DNA of 64,000 nt from an uncultured Desulfobacter sp. (GTDB taxonomy: Bacteria; Desulfobacterota; Desulfobacteria; Desulfobacterales; Desulfobacteraceae). Numbering within the stretch: position 1 is the stretch's first letter; each line of letters opens with the position of its first letter. The position numbers were made by a program, and so were the translations under genes. Of this stretch, positions 40,328-51,778 are shown in pieces. The DNA lies in contig OY762069.1 in NCBI GenBank assembly GCA_963665095.1, positions 2,656,001-2,720,000 of the forward strand. Reading direction: 5' to 3'. The notes under the pieces were generated by a model. The model made no database searches. It saw only the letters and a list, made by a program, of their open reading frames with translations, and was not told the origin of the DNA.

Positions 40328-42475
40328 TTATGCCACCCCGTTTGCTTTGAGAACCTCAAGCACCTCAGGAAAGTCAATGCCAAGTCGTTTTACTGTTTCA
40401 ACAGTGGGGATGCCATTGGGTGTCCAGCCGCGCCGTTTGTATACCGCATCTTTGAGCAGCTCGTACTGGGCCTCGCGTTTGGCCCTCAGGGCAGTCACTT
40501 TGGCAGAGGTGTCCATGGCAGAGATATCCATGCCATGTGTCTCCTTCAGCTGAGTGTCGTACCGCTCGGCACGGGATTCGTACTCTTCATTGGTCACAGG
40601 CCCCATGGCACGGTAAGGTACGGTATCGTGTTCCCGGGTGCCGTATCCCATCTTAAGATTAAATATCCGCTGAAAGTTGTATACCGCCTCGCTCATGGAG
40701 ATCAGGTCATCAGGGCCGGCCTTTCTGCCGGTAACTGTGGAGAAAAAGTCCGCATACCAGCCCACATGTTTCATTACCTTGGCGGGCTCTGCAGTGTCTT
40801 TGTTATCTTCAGGCACGATATCATTCCACGGCAGTTTGCACAGCCCGCACAGGCCAAACCAGGTCCGAAACATGGGGAACCAGTGCAGGGCCTCGGCCTT
40901 GTTTTCAAAAGTGGGCATGAAGTTGTGGACCATGTCCAGAAAAATCAGCCACGCCTCGTCATGCTGGGGGCCTTTAAGGGCCAGCCCGTAACCACCCTGC
41001 TGGGCCAGGCTCTCCTTAGTAATGTATTCGGAGAATTCCAGCCCTTTGGATTCCATACCGATGTCTGTCAGAAAGCCGAGATCCGCACCAAAATCTTTGG
41101 CAAAAATCTGTTTCATCTGACGGATACCCTTGCCCACAATGGCGCCAAATCCCTTGCCCTGTGCCATCTGATGGATAACTTCCAGGGCATTGAGCCGGTT
41201 GCCGAAACTTAAATCCAGGCCGCCGGTGTGCGCCGTGGTAATCTGGCCGTTTTCAAAGCACTCCATAACAAAAGCAAGAGACGTACCCACGGAGATGGTG
41301 TCCAGGCCATAGGCGTCGCAGTAGAAGTTGATCTCAAGAATGGTATGCGCATCAAAGATCCCTAAATTGGACCCGCATCCGGCCACTGTTTCATATTCAG
41401 GCCCGTCCACAAACACCTTTTTACCCTTATAAGGTCCGGTAAAGGGAGAAAAATCCTTGACCCCGTGGGCACAGGCCACAGCGCAACCTCTCCAGCAGCC
41501 GTCAAAGCCCTTATCAAAAATATGTTCGTAGGTCTCTTCACCAATGACTTTGCTTTCGGGATGGGAACCGAACTTGAAGTTGTGGACAGGCAGACAGTCA
41601 TGGTCATTCATGATAGGTACCAAATGGGTAGTGCCCACCAGGGCCATCCGGTTCTGGCCGGGGTCCAGGGTGGCGATCTCTCTGGCATGGGCTTTGGTAA
41701 CGGTTTTAAGCCCTTCAGGATCTGCAGGACAGTTCGTCTTCATGGATACGGCACCGAATCTGGCCACAACCGCCTTGATCTTTTTGTCGGCAAATACCGT
41801 TCCGATACCGCCCCGGCCGGCCTGTTTATACCGGACCCGTTTGCGGCCCGCATCCCACCAGGAAAAATTCAGGCAGCCCATATAGGTATTCTGTGCCCCG
41901 GGGCCGGCTGTAACCACAGAGACGTTCACCGGTTTTTTCTCATCAAAGTAATGGGTCAGGGCGGCGGACATCTCATAGGCATCCTGGGGAAGCGCATCTG
42001 CCTGGAACAACTTTATGGTATTTTCAATACCGTCAATGAGAATCACTGTGTCCTGCTCCGCCTTGCCGTCCAGCTGGATCACATCAAAGCCGGAAAATTT
42101 TTTATACGGTCCGAAATAGCCGCCCACGTTTGAATCAATGGGCGCCCCGGTTAAAGGAGAGATGGCAGTGACAATACTCTTTCCGCCGCCGGGATATCCC
42201 GGGGTGCCGCCCAGGGGACCGGATGAAATACAGATGGCGTTTTCCGGGTCATCCCAGCGGGTGTTTCCTGACACGGCATGCCACATAAGCCAGAGGTCAT
42301 ACCCCTTGCCGCCTATGAACTTTTTTTTGATCTCGTCCGCGATGGGAGAGATCTCAACCTGACCGTCACTTACGTTGATATGAAGGGAGTGATCTGTATA
42401 TCCCTTTTTCACTTCAGCGCGTTTGTAAGGTACGGATTTGATCTCCTTGAGACTGACTTGATCCATATTTTTCAT
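40328..42475 (-). CDS. Aldehyde:ferredoxin oxidoreductase (W/Mo-pterin)
   Basis: DSNVGG, QAGRGGIG, GCWRGCAVAC, GPEYET and GLDTIS motifs. Confidence 0.92.
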   Translation of the reverse strand: MKNMDQVSLKEIKSVPYKRAEVKKGYTDHSLHINVSDGQVEISPIADEIKKKFIGGKGYDLWLMWHAVSGNTRWDDPENAICISSGPLGGTPGYPGGGKSIVTAISPLTGAPIDSNVGGYFGPYKKFSGFDVIQLDGKAEQDTVILIDGIENTIKLFQADALPQDAYEMSAALTHYFDEKKPVNVSVVTAGPGAQNTYMGCLNFSWWDAGRKRVRYKQAGRGGIGTVFADKKIKAVVARFGAVSMKTNCPADPEGLKTVTKAHAREIATLDPGQNRMALVGTTHLVPIMNDHDCLPVHNFKFGSHPESKVIGEETYEHIFDKGFDGCWRGCAVACAHGVKDFSPFTGPYKGKKVFVDGPEYETVAGCGSNLGIFDAHTILEINFYCDAYGLDTISVGTSLAFVMECFENGQITTAHTGGLDLSFGNRLNALEVIHQMAQGKGFGAIVGKGIRQMKQIFAKDFGADLGFLTDIGMESKGLEFSEYITKESLAQQGGYGLALKGPQHDEAWLIFLDMVHNFMPTFENKAEALHWFPMFRTWFGLCGLCKLPWNDIVPEDNKDTAEPAKVMKHVGWYADFFSTVTGRKAGPDDLISMSEAVYNFQRIFNLKMGYGTREHDTVPYRAMGPVTNEEYESRAERYDTQLKETHGMDISAMDTSAKVTALRAKREAQYELLKDAVYKRRGWTPNGIPTVETVKRLGIDFPEVLEVLKANGVA

Positions 42476-42824
42476 ACTCCTTGTTTAATGATATAGTATT
42501 TTCATTAAAAATATTACCATAAATCATACCAATAAAACATCCGATTTTGAGTAAAATATAAAATACCGTCCTGCCTAAAACGCACAACGACAAGGGTTTT
42601 GAAGGCATCAAAAACTGTACCAAGCTAAAGGCAATGCCAGAATCAAGTAAAGAATCACTTGCATTCTGCGGTCCAATAACGGATACCTTAATGGGAATCC
42701 ATCCCGGCCTCATTTTCGCAGGTTGGGATGGGCGAAAATAATAGATGGAATTCATTCTTTGATTAGCTAGTGCCTGAACGAAAACCCCGCGTTTGGTGTT
42801 TGGACGGCTCGAAGAGGAGTTATT

Positions 42825-44063
42825 ATGCTTCAAGGCATCCTGGGTCTTATTGCTTTTACCGCCATTGCGGCATTCATGAGCGAAAACAAAAAAAGGATCT
42901 CTTTCAGGCTGATTTTTGCCGGACTTGGCCTGCAGCTGGGCCTGGGTCTATTGCTGTTGAAATTCGTATGGATACGCCAGGGGTTTCTCTATCTGAATAA
43001 TATTGTGGCAGCTATTTCCAAAGCCACCGGGGACGGAACCGCCATGGTGTTCGGATATGTGGGCGGTGGCCCTTTGCCCTTCCAGGAGTCCTATCCCGGG
43101 GCCTCATTTATCCTGGCGTTTCAGTCCCTGCCCCTGATACTGGTTATGAGCGCGTTATCAGCGGTTCTCTTTTACTGGAAAATCATTCCGGCAGTGGTGC
43201 GTTTCTTCAGCCTGATACTCAACAAAACACTGGGAACCGGCGGGGCTGAGGGCATCGGCATCTCTGCCAATATCTTTGTGGGCATGGTGGAGGCCCCCCT
43301 TTTGATCAAACCCTATCTTGCCGCCATGACCCGCAGTGAAATTTTCACCCTTATGACCTGCGGTATGGCCACCATTGCAGGAACAGTCATGGTGCTTTAC
43401 GCAACCATCCTGAGCCAGGCCATCCCTGACATTTTAGGGCACATTCTCACAGCCTCCATCATCAGTGCCCCGGCCGCCATTTTAATCTCAAAAATAATGA
43501 TACCGGAAACCTGCGATGTAACAGAAGGCGGCCTTTCCACGCCCCAGGCCTACACCAGCGTCATGGATGCCATCACCAAGGGCACGGTTTCCGGTATCGA
43601 CCTTTTGATAAACATTGTGGCCATGATTATTGTTCTTGTGGCCATGGTCAGCCTGATCAATATGGGTCTCGGGCTGTTTCCCGCATTTCAGGGGCAGGCG
43701 CTGACGCTGCAGCTGATTTTGGGCTGGGTCATGGCGCCTGTAACCTGGCTGATGGGGATCCCCTGGTCCGAAGCCGCTGCAACCGGGGCACTCATGGGCA
43801 AAAAAACCATTTTGAACGAGTTTATCGCTTATCTGGACCTGGCCCGCATCCCCGCTATGGAGTTAAGCCAACGCAGCCGCATTATCGTATCCTACGCCCT
43901 GTGCGGATTTGCCAACCCCGGCAGTCTGGGCATAATGATCGGCGGCATGGGCGCCATGATACCTGACAGAAGGGATGAAATCGTCTCCTTGGGATTCCGG
44001 TCCGTCATTGCCGGCACCCTGGCCACCTGCATGACCGGAGCGGTGGCAGGACTTTTTTTGTGA
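42825..44063 (+). CDS. nupC: NupC/CNT family Na+/H+:nucleoside symporter
   Basis: NIFVGMVEAPL, GMATIAG, LNEFIAY and ALCGFAN. Confidence 0.9.
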   Translation: MLQGILGLIAFTAIAAFMSENKKRISFRLIFAGLGLQLGLGLLLLKFVWIRQGFLYLNNIVAAISKATGDGTAMVFGYVGGGPLPFQESYPGASFILAFQSLPLILVMSALSAVLFYWKIIPAVVRFFSLILNKTLGTGGAEGIGISANIFVGMVEAPLLIKPYLAAMTRSEIFTLMTCGMATIAGTVMVLYATILSQAIPDILGHILTASIISAPAAILISKIMIPETCDVTEGGLSTPQAYTSVMDAITKGTVSGIDLLINIVAMIIVLVAMVSLINMGLGLFPAFQGQALTLQLILGWVMAPVTWLMGIPWSEAAATGALMGKKTILNEFIAYLDLARIPAMELSQRSRIIVSYALCGFANPGSLGIMIGGMGAMIPDRRDEIVSLGFRSVIAGTLATCMTGAVAGLFL

Positions 44064-44097
44064 CCACTGTCATACATCGGCTGGTATGATCCCAAAA

Positions 44098-44664
44098 TCA
44101 GACAGGCCGGTTGCGGATGACCGCCTTCAACCGTAAAATTTTGGGCTGGATATCAAAAACAGCCGGTATCAGCGACGGAGAGGCTTCCAGCACAGCCAGG
44201 GCTTTTTGGGCAACGGAAACAGCTGCGCGTACCCTGCCGTAGGCCAGCAACTCAAATGTGCCGGCAGTTCGTATCAGGGCCTGCAGAAGCTGTTTCTCCC
44301 TGCCCTGCACCCTCCGGAAATCCTGCTCCAGCCATTCATGGCATTCAAAAAAAAGCTGTTCGTCCCAGAGCAGTCCGGCAACAGCATACATATCACCGGC
44401 CCGGTCAGCAGGCCACGATGTAATGCCATGCCATACTCTTTCATAACAGTCACAGCGGTATTTAATATATTTCCGGGCCCTGCCGGATATATTTTCTTTA
44501 TCCAGGGCAGCGACTGCATTTGTAACAGGATCCTGCCGGTTCTGGTGCAGCATTGAAATAAATGCACTGCCCAGAATATTTCTCACATCCCGGTCTGCCC
44601 GGTTCTCAAAGGGATCAAATAAATTTTCCATAACAACTGCTCTCATACCTGAAAATCCAACCAA
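44098..44664 (-). CDS. DUF309 domain protein
   Basis: LFFECHEWLE motif; start uncertain. Confidence 0.8.
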   Translation of the reverse strand: MVGFSGMRAVVMENLFDPFENRADRDVRNILGSAFISMLHQNRQDPVTNAVAALDKENISGRARKYIKYRCDCYERVWHGITSWPADRAGDMYAVAGLLWDEQLFFECHEWLEQDFRRVQGREKQLLQALIRTAGTFELLAYGRVRAAVSVAQKALAVLEASPSLIPAVFDIQPKILRLKAVIRNRPV

Positions 44665-44813
44665 ATATCAAGCACAGCTTTTTCTAATCATATTTTTACA
44701 TAAAAACATCAATAAAAGCATTGAGATCCTGCTCAAAAAATCGTAAGGGTTTTTTACTGTTAAAAAAAGTTTTGAATAAATAACACTGATAACGAGCTAA
44801 TACAGGTGAAAAA

Positions 44814-46901
44814 TTGAAACTGAAACAAAAAATTCTGGGTGTTATCCTGTTTGTCGTCCTTATGGTAATGGTCATTTCTTCTCTGGTTGTTTCCTACAAA
44901 ATATATAACCAGAATTTGGACGCCACCAACGCGGGCCTGATCGTGGGTGCCAATACCGTGAAATCAAAAATAAATGACAGCCAGGCTGATCTGATCAAAA
45001 AAATTCATCAAATGGATTCCCTGTTCAAAGTGGGGGAAAACGTCAAATACCTGGACAAATACAAAACAAAATTTGACCTGAGCATGACGGAACCGTCCTT
45101 TGTGGACCTAACAAGCGCCCTGTTTGCGACGGCAACGGTAAACCAGCTCGACATCATTTCCCTGTATGATAATGCAGGAGAACTTTTGGCCTTTTGCGAA
45201 AAACAGGCGGACGGCACCCGGATTACCGGCTACTTTTGTGTCAATCCCAAACGAGAGTTCAGGATTACCAAAACCGAAGACAACGCGGACTTGAAAACAA
45301 GCCAGTGGTCCGGCCGGGCGACCCTGGATGAATTGATCAGCCCGCTGAACCGGCCCACGGATGTTAAGACCTCTGCCAGCCTGAAAAAAATGGATAAAGC
45401 CCTATCCCTGGCCATTGAGGTCCCTTTAAGCAAAGAGAAAAAAAAGGGACCGGAACCCAGAGGCGTCGTTGTTCTGTCCCGGGAACTTGGCAAGGGTTTT
45501 GCCCGGCAGATGGCAGAAGTAACCGGGCTGCATGTAAATATTTTTGCAGGAAATGAACTGGCCTGCGGGAATATGCCCGGATACGCAAAATTAACAGACG
45601 GGCTGATGCCGGAATCTGCCCCAGACGCCTGGACCCTGAACACCCAGGAGGTACTGCCGGGCCAGGTTGAAAGTCAGGGGATCTCCTATTTTATTGGCCT
45701 GATTCCGGTTTTTGACCAGACCAATCCAGTCGGAGCCCTTGCCCTTCTGACCTCCGGCAAAACAGTAAGAGACAATACCCTTCACGTGGTGTATACCCTT
45801 TTGGTGGTCTATCTTTGCTGCATTGTGCTGATTATTCCCGTGGCCTTTTTCTTTTCCAGATCCATGGTCCAGTCTATCTTACAGGTGACGGCAAGCCTTA
45901 AAGATGTGGCCCAGGGTGAGGGGGATCTGACCAAGCGCATTGAAATAACATCCCATGACGAAATCGGAGAGTTGTCCAAGTGGTTTAATATGTTTATCGA
46001 AAAACTTCAGACCATGATCGTGGAGATATCTGCAAGTTCACAGGCATTGTCTCAGGCAGTGGACGTGGCCAGAAACGAGACAGGCGCCATCTCCAAAGGC
46101 TCGGATAAAATGGCCGAGATCACCCGGGCAGTTACCCAGTCCACGGCGGAAATGAGCTCAGAAATCTCCGGATTTTCCCAAGTGGTGAACACTGCATCCG
46201 ATAATCTGGAAATCGTCGCCACATCCACCGATGAGATGACGGCCACCATCAATGAAATCGCCCGGAATGCGGAATCAGCCAGGGCCATGAGCCACGAAAC
46301 CGGAAATAAGATTCACCTGGCTCAGGATAAGGTCCATCAACTGGGAATGGAGGCCCAGGCAATCAATGCCTTTACCGAATCCATCAGTGATATCTCCGAA
46401 CAGACCAATCTTTTGGCCCTGAACGCCACCATTGAAGCGGCAAGGGCAGGAGAAGCCGGAAAAGGATTTGCCGTAGTGGCCGGAGAGATCAAGGCTTTGG
46501 CCAACCAGACCGCTGTCGCCACAGGAGATATCAAACAGAAAATTGCCAGTATCCTCTCATCGTCCAGTTCCACAGTGAATGAGATGGATGCCATTTCAAA
46601 AGAGTTTGGCAATATGAATGACCTGGTTAACGAAATTGCCGCAGCCATTGAAGAGCAGACCGCTGTCACAAAGGAGATATCCAGCACCACCGCCAGCGTG
46701 GCCTCAGGCATTTCAGAGGTCAGTTCAAACATTGCCCTGTTTGACCAGCAGACAAAGGAGATTGCCACAGAAATGGATGAGGTCAGCCGGGCCACGGCCA
46801 CCATGTCTGAGAACTGTACCCGTATTGAAGCTGATACGGTGGGAATGACAGAGGAGACCGGAAAACTTGACAAGCTGATCAACCGGTTTGTGATCAGGTA
46901 G
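44814..46901 (+). CDS. Methyl-accepting chemotaxis protein
   Basis: Two TM segments, HAMP domain, [27 protein letters not shown]. Confidence 0.95.
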   Translation: MKLKQKILGVILFVVLMVMVISSLVVSYKIYNQNLDATNAGLIVGANTVKSKINDSQADLIKKIHQMDSLFKVGENVKYLDKYKTKFDLSMTEPSFVDLTSALFATATVNQLDIISLYDNAGELLAFCEKQADGTRITGYFCVNPKREFRITKTEDNADLKTSQWSGRATLDELISPLNRPTDVKTSASLKKMDKALSLAIEVPLSKEKKKGPEPRGVVVLSRELGKGFARQMAEVTGLHVNIFAGNELACGNMPGYAKLTDGLMPESAPDAWTLNTQEVLPGQVESQGISYFIGLIPVFDQTNPVGALALLTSGKTVRDNTLHVVYTLLVVYLCCIVLIIPVAFFFSRSMVQSILQVTASLKDVAQGEGDLTKRIEITSHDEIGELSKWFNMFIEKLQTMIVEISASSQALSQAVDVARNETGAISKGSDKMAEITRAVTQSTAEMSSEISGFSQVVNTASDNLEIVATSTDEMTATINEIARNAESARAMSHETGNKIHLAQDKVHQLGMEAQAINAFTESISDISEQTNLLALNATIEAARAGEAGKGFAVVAGEIKALANQTAVATGDIKQKIASILSSSSSTVNEMDAISKEFGNMNDLVNEIAAAIEEQTAVTKEISSTTASVASGISEVSSNIALFDQQTKEIATEMDEVSRATATMSENCTRIEADTVGMTEETGKLDKLINRFVIR

Positions 46902-47057
46902 TCCGGCTGTATATTCTGCCATTTACTGCGGGTCGGATTCTTATACACATAGATTCCGGCCCGCAACTGCTTCACCGAAATCAACCACCAGGGGCATAAA
47001 AATGGAACCGGTAAAAAAATTTTAAGCCCCCTCACCTCTCCTTGACAAAAAGAGTCC

Positions 47058-48131
47058 TTGTGTCCTAATCCTATCTGTCAGGAATTGAAAAGTATGAACA
47101 TAAGAACCCAAAGGGAATCCGTCTTCATGAGATATATAAATGTGATAGAAAAAAACAACGGCACACCTCCTTTAGGAGCGATCAGGAACGCATCACCGTC
47201 CTGTGAGGTGGATATTGCCATCCCCAACACCCATCTATCCGGATATTTTGAACATATTCACATCCGGCAGGGCATAAAAATGGTCATCACCAATCATGAG
47301 GAACACAATACCCTTCAAATGGATTATGACGTTGAAAATGCGCCCATATCATTCAGCTTTAACCTCTCCCAGAGCATATGTAACACCATGACCAGCGGCC
47401 GAAAATGGAAACGTATAATAGAGCGATTCCCCGGTGATGCTGTTGTGGCGTATCTTCCCCAAACCAAAGGAACCAATGTTATTTTACCCCATAACAGAAT
47501 TACCGGTGTTGCCCTTCATTTCTGCCCGCACACCTTTTTTTCCCTGTTTAAGGAGCAGCCGGACTGCCTGAAGCAATTGCACTCGGTTTCAAACGCTTTA
47601 AACGATATCCGTTTTTTTCACCACTCCCGTATAAAAACGGATACCCTTCCGGTGCTCAGACAGATACTTGAGTGCCCTTATACCGGAGAAACGAAAAGAT
47701 TATATTTAGAGGCTAAAGCCCTTGAACTTGTAGCAATAAAGCTGGCAGAACTGGAAAAAGGGCAGCAACAGCATGCAGCCCATACCCTGGCCCCCAGGGA
47801 TCTGGACCGGACCAGGGAAGCACACCATATCCTGATGACCCGACTGGATCACCCCCCAACCCTTTATGATTTAAGCCTCCTGGTGGGAACCAATCGCAAC
47901 AAGCTGAACCAGGGATTTAAAGAAATTTACGGAGACACCGTTTTCAACGTGTTACGCACTGCCCGACTCAGCAAGGCAAGAACCCTGATGATACAGACCA
48001 GTTTAAGCCTGTCGGAGATCGCTTTATCAGTTGGCTACAACAGCCAGGCCAATTTCACCACCGCATTCAGAAAAGAATTCGGCACCCCGCCCAACACCTT
48101 TCGCCGAAACTTAGCCCCCAGACTGGCATAA
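47058..48131 (+). CDS. AraC family regulator (PchR/YbtA-like)
   Basis: [10 protein letters not shown] and C-terminal AraC HTH ([18 protein letters not shown]); start may lie downstream. Confidence 0.9.
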   Translation: MCPNPICQELKSMNIRTQRESVFMRYINVIEKNNGTPPLGAIRNASPSCEVDIAIPNTHLSGYFEHIHIRQGIKMVITNHEEHNTLQMDYDVENAPISFSFNLSQSICNTMTSGRKWKRIIERFPGDAVVAYLPQTKGTNVILPHNRITGVALHFCPHTFFSLFKEQPDCLKQLHSVSNALNDIRFFHHSRIKTDTLPVLRQILECPYTGETKRLYLEAKALELVAIKLAELEKGQQQHAAHTLAPRDLDRTREAHHILMTRLDHPPTLYDLSLLVGTNRNKLNQGFKEIYGDTVFNVLRTARLSKARTLMIQTSLSLSEIALSVGYNSQANFTTAFRKEFGTPPNTFRRNLAPRLA

Positions 48132-48383
48132 TACTATTCTGGGGGAGACGTGTTTGATTTCACCGTTGCCCTCAACCTGTGCGGCTGACATAAAAACAAG
48201 TGCATGTGTCAAAAGACAAAAAATATGGGGTATTGTAATCACAGGCAGCATTGCAGTCTTATTTAACGTATTATGGTTGTAGACAGACAGATCAAAAACA
48301 AATAACCGTGCGGTTGAAGCCGCATTTAAACCATAGTCTTTTTAAAAAGCCGCAATAAAACTTTTTTAAGCAAAACAATTTAA

Positions 48384-48467
48384 GACTCTTATAGATTAGA
48401 GTCCGGCAAGCCATGAAGGCGCTTTCCCTTTGAAAAGGGAAGATGTTTTCATGGCTTTTCATTTTTT
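48384..48467 (+). promoter_or_regulatory. Leader hairpin plus intrinsic terminator (putative attenuator) upstream of the TonB receptor
   Basis: GACTCT/AGAGTC stem, then AGCCATGAA...TTCCCTT/AAGGGAA...TTCATGGCT stem with T-rich tail about 50 nt before the ATG. Confidence 0.55.
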
Positions 48468-48515
48468 CAACTTAATTATTTTAACAGGACACCATGGAGA
48501 AAGGGGAATATAAAG

Positions 48516-50657
48516 ATGAAACCATTCTTGGCTGCAGTTGTTGTTTTAGGAGTGCTGATATCAGGTATCGCCCTTGCTGGGGAGCAGGACGTTCAACAAA
48601 TTGAAGACGTGGTGGTCACCGAAAAAAAGGAAGGGCCTGTTATTACACTTACCCCGGAAAAAACCACCATCAACATAGACAGCTATGAGACAACAGGTAC
48701 GCCCCAGAATGTCTCAGACTTTTTTAAGGACCAGGCCATTATCGATTTCAGAGGCGCCACAGATCTGGTTCCCGGAGATCTGGTGGATGGGGACGACTCT
48801 ATTTATATGCGCGGTTTTGGCAGTAACCGGTTCACCTCTGCCATTGACGGGTCCAACATCCACAAGCACGGGGGGCGCAGTGCCCTTCATGTGGTGGACT
48901 ACTCACTGATCCCGCCTTTTTTAATTGACGAGGTTGAGATCCTGACAGGCCCTCACTCAGCCCTCTATCCGGGCCAGAGCATCGCCGGGGTGATTAACAT
49001 GGTCACCCGGGCACCGGAACAGTATGACTCACTAAAACCGGAACTGAGCTTTCAGACCAGTTTTAAATCCTACAACACCCAGAACCACAGCATATACATC
49101 CGCGGCGGTGCAAAAAATTTCATCTATGATGCCGGATATCAACGGTACGCCACAGACGGCTACCTCAGACACGCCGAAGCGGATATTGATACGGCGTTCT
49201 GCCGGTTGGGATACATCCTGCCTTCGGATGCATATGTTACGTTTCAGGTCTCTCAAACCAGGGCAGACCGGGAAATTCCCATAAAGAATGACCCTGCCAA
49301 TTCAGATTATGACAATGACTATCCCGATGTTTCGACCTCCTCCTATTATGGATGGCAGACGCCTGAATGGAATGAAGATGCCATCTCATACCGGCTGAAT
49401 TACCACCAGCCCTCACCTGTGGGGGTATGGGATTTTAATGCCTATTACAGTGAGGAGACCTGGGAAAAGTATCTGCTCAGGAACAGCTCCGGAGAGCTGT
49501 ACAATGCCGGCTTTGAGTGCACATGGCATCAGCAGGGAGCCTTGCTCAAAGACACTATTACCTTCTCAGAAAACCATGTCACCACCATTGGCGCGGATCT
49601 GCAGCAGTTTTATGATGGCTGGACCAGTGCCACCAGACCGAACCTTGCCTTTGATGATGAAAAACGGGTTGAAACAGCCGCTGGGTTTGCCCAGCATGAG
49701 TGGCAAATGATTCCAAGACTGACTCTGACGGCCGGGTTACGCTACGAGCATGTGGATGTACGCATAGACAACCAGTCCGTCTCCACGGGTCAGCTGCTTA
49801 TCACAGGCCAGCCCAGATGGATCGAGCGCAGCTGGGCCCAATGGGTTCCGAAATCCTTCCTGACTTATGAGCTGGATGACCTTGCATCAAGCCTCAGGGA
49901 TACATCAATCTCCATGGGCATCAGTAAAATCTGGCGGGCACCGACCAACTACGGGGAATTCAACCCCAGGTGTATCCCTGCCGGGGCCTGGGTGGAGCCG
50001 GAGCATGGTATCGGATATGACTTTGTGGTATCCAGACGACTTTTTAAGGATATCCATCTGAAATTCAATTACGCCTACTATGAAATAAAAGATTATCTTG
50101 CCTGGAACTGGGATTATGCGGAATACACGCCGAGCAGCACCAACACTGTACCGCCCGGCATGGAATACTCCGATTATGTCATCAACCTTGAAAAGGTAAT
50201 CCGCCACGGCATTGAACTTCAACTCAACGGCCATCTGACGGACAAACTCTCCTTTTACCTGGGGTATGCCTACCAGAAATTTGAAAACAAAGGGGGAGAG
50301 CCGGCCGGGGAAACCGCCATTGATAACCTGGCCAAATACAGGGTCAACGGTGGGTTACGATATCAGTTATTCCGGGACACGTTAGTTTTGCTGGACTACA
50401 AATTCCAGGATGATCAGGTGGTTCAGAATGCCGAAGAGGTCAGTGCCGGGGAGTGGGTCTTTACTGAAGTTGCAATGGACGCCTACCATGTATTTGACTT
50501 GGCAGTCCAGCAAAACCTGTTTAAAAAGTGGGGCATACTGAAAAACGCCACGTTGAAAGTATACGTCAACAACCTGCTTGATGAGGATTACGAAAACCTT
50601 TCCGGCTATCCTGCCACGGACAGGACCTTTGGTTTCTCTTTAGGATTTGATATCTGA
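48516..50657 (+). CDS. TonB-dependent receptor
   Basis: Signal peptide, IEDVVVT TonB box, plug (IYMRGF, GPHSALY, GVINMVT), YVNNLLD C-terminus. Confidence 0.93.
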   Translation: MKPFLAAVVVLGVLISGIALAGEQDVQQIEDVVVTEKKEGPVITLTPEKTTINIDSYETTGTPQNVSDFFKDQAIIDFRGATDLVPGDLVDGDDSIYMRGFGSNRFTSAIDGSNIHKHGGRSALHVVDYSLIPPFLIDEVEILTGPHSALYPGQSIAGVINMVTRAPEQYDSLKPELSFQTSFKSYNTQNHSIYIRGGAKNFIYDAGYQRYATDGYLRHAEADIDTAFCRLGYILPSDAYVTFQVSQTRADREIPIKNDPANSDYDNDYPDVSTSSYYGWQTPEWNEDAISYRLNYHQPSPVGVWDFNAYYSEETWEKYLLRNSSGELYNAGFECTWHQQGALLKDTITFSENHVTTIGADLQQFYDGWTSATRPNLAFDDEKRVETAAGFAQHEWQMIPRLTLTAGLRYEHVDVRIDNQSVSTGQLLITGQPRWIERSWAQWVPKSFLTYELDDLASSLRDTSISMGISKIWRAPTNYGEFNPRCIPAGAWVEPEHGIGYDFVVSRRLFKDIHLKFNYAYYEIKDYLAWNWDYAEYTPSSTNTVPPGMEYSDYVINLEKVIRHGIELQLNGHLTDKLSFYLGYAYQKFENKGGEPAGETAIDNLAKYRVNGGLRYQLFRDTLVLLDYKFQDDQVVQNAEEVSAGEWVFTEVAMDAYHVFDLAVQQNLFKKWGILKNATLKVYVNNLLDEDYENLSGYPATDRTFGFSLGFDI

Positions 50658-51778
50658 TGATGAAAATATCAGGATTGCTCCTTAGTGCCGCCATTTTAGC
50701 TGTGGCGGCACTGTTCACCACAGGATGCACGGAACAAAACAATCCAGACAATCACTCAGGTGCAGTTAAAAAAATTACAGACTGTGCCGGCCGGGAAGTC
50801 ACGGTTCCGGTTAAGGTGACCCGGGTGGTGGATCTGGCGCTTCTGGACGGCACCCGGACCCTGGTCGAGCTCAACGCTGAATCCCTGCTTGTGGGCATCA
50901 ATGATACGGTTAAAAACTTTATGTTTGGCAAGGAGGGACAAAATTTTTCCTGCTGGTTTGCGGCCCCGAAAAAGGCACCTCAGATACAGTCGCTGCCAAG
51001 CGTGGGCAGCTGCCGGGAACCCGGTGTGGAGTTTATAGCATCGCTGAAACCGGACATCATTCTGGCCAGTGCCTCCTACGGGGACCAGGCGGATGCCATC
51101 GAGAAACAGACCGGTATTCCTGTGGTCTGTATCAGGGCCTTTGGCTGCCTTGATTTTAAAATGCTCCAACTGGTGGCGGACCTGGTGGGAAAACAGGAAA
51201 GAGCCCGGTTCCTGATCAGCTATGCCGAAGAAACAATCAGGGGAATGGCCCAAAGGACTGCCGCCATTCCCAAGGACCAACGGGTAAAAGTCTTTTTCTG
51301 GGGGTGGCCTGTCAGCGGTGCCCCAAGGACCATTGCCCCCTATGACCCCATTGATCTTGCAGGCGGGTTCAATGTAGCCATGCAGGCCGCTGTCAGGCCC
51401 TATGAGAGTTACAACACCACAAAGGAGCAGCTGGCGGTCTGGAACCCGGATGTAATTATGCTTCAATGGTGGACAAAAAAGGATATCGGGGTCCGGATCA
51501 CCACCATCCTTTCCGATCCCTGTTTTCAAACCGTGTCTGCTGTTAAAAACAGGCAGGTGTTTTACTGGCGGACCTTCATGAAGGGCTGGGACCCGGCCAT
51601 GGGGTTGTGTGAAATCTTTTATCTAGCAAAGCTGTTTTATCCGGAAGCAAACAAAGAGATGGATGTTGAAGCCCGATGTAACGAAATCATGGCAACGTTT
51701 TATGAGGTAGAAGGCCTGTACACTGACCTTCTGGCCAACAGTGAAATTCATTCGTGGAAACAAAAGGAAAAACCTTGA
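50657..51778 (+). CDS. ABC transporter substrate-binding lipoprotein (FecB/BtuF type)
   Basis: Lipobox TGC; ITDCAGREV, SLKPDII and WNPDVI. Confidence 0.9.
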   Translation: MMKISGLLLSAAILAVAALFTTGCTEQNNPDNHSGAVKKITDCAGREVTVPVKVTRVVDLALLDGTRTLVELNAESLLVGINDTVKNFMFGKEGQNFSCWFAAPKKAPQIQSLPSVGSCREPGVEFIASLKPDIILASASYGDQADAIEKQTGIPVVCIRAFGCLDFKMLQLVADLVGKQERARFLISYAEETIRGMAQRTAAIPKDQRVKVFFWGWPVSGAPRTIAPYDPIDLAGGFNVAMQAAVRPYESYNTTKEQLAVWNPDVIMLQWWTKKDIGVRITTILSDPCFQTVSAVKNRQVFYWRTFMKGWDPAMGLCEIFYLAKLFYPEANKEMDVEARCNEIMATFYEVEGLYTDLLANSEIHSWKQKEKP

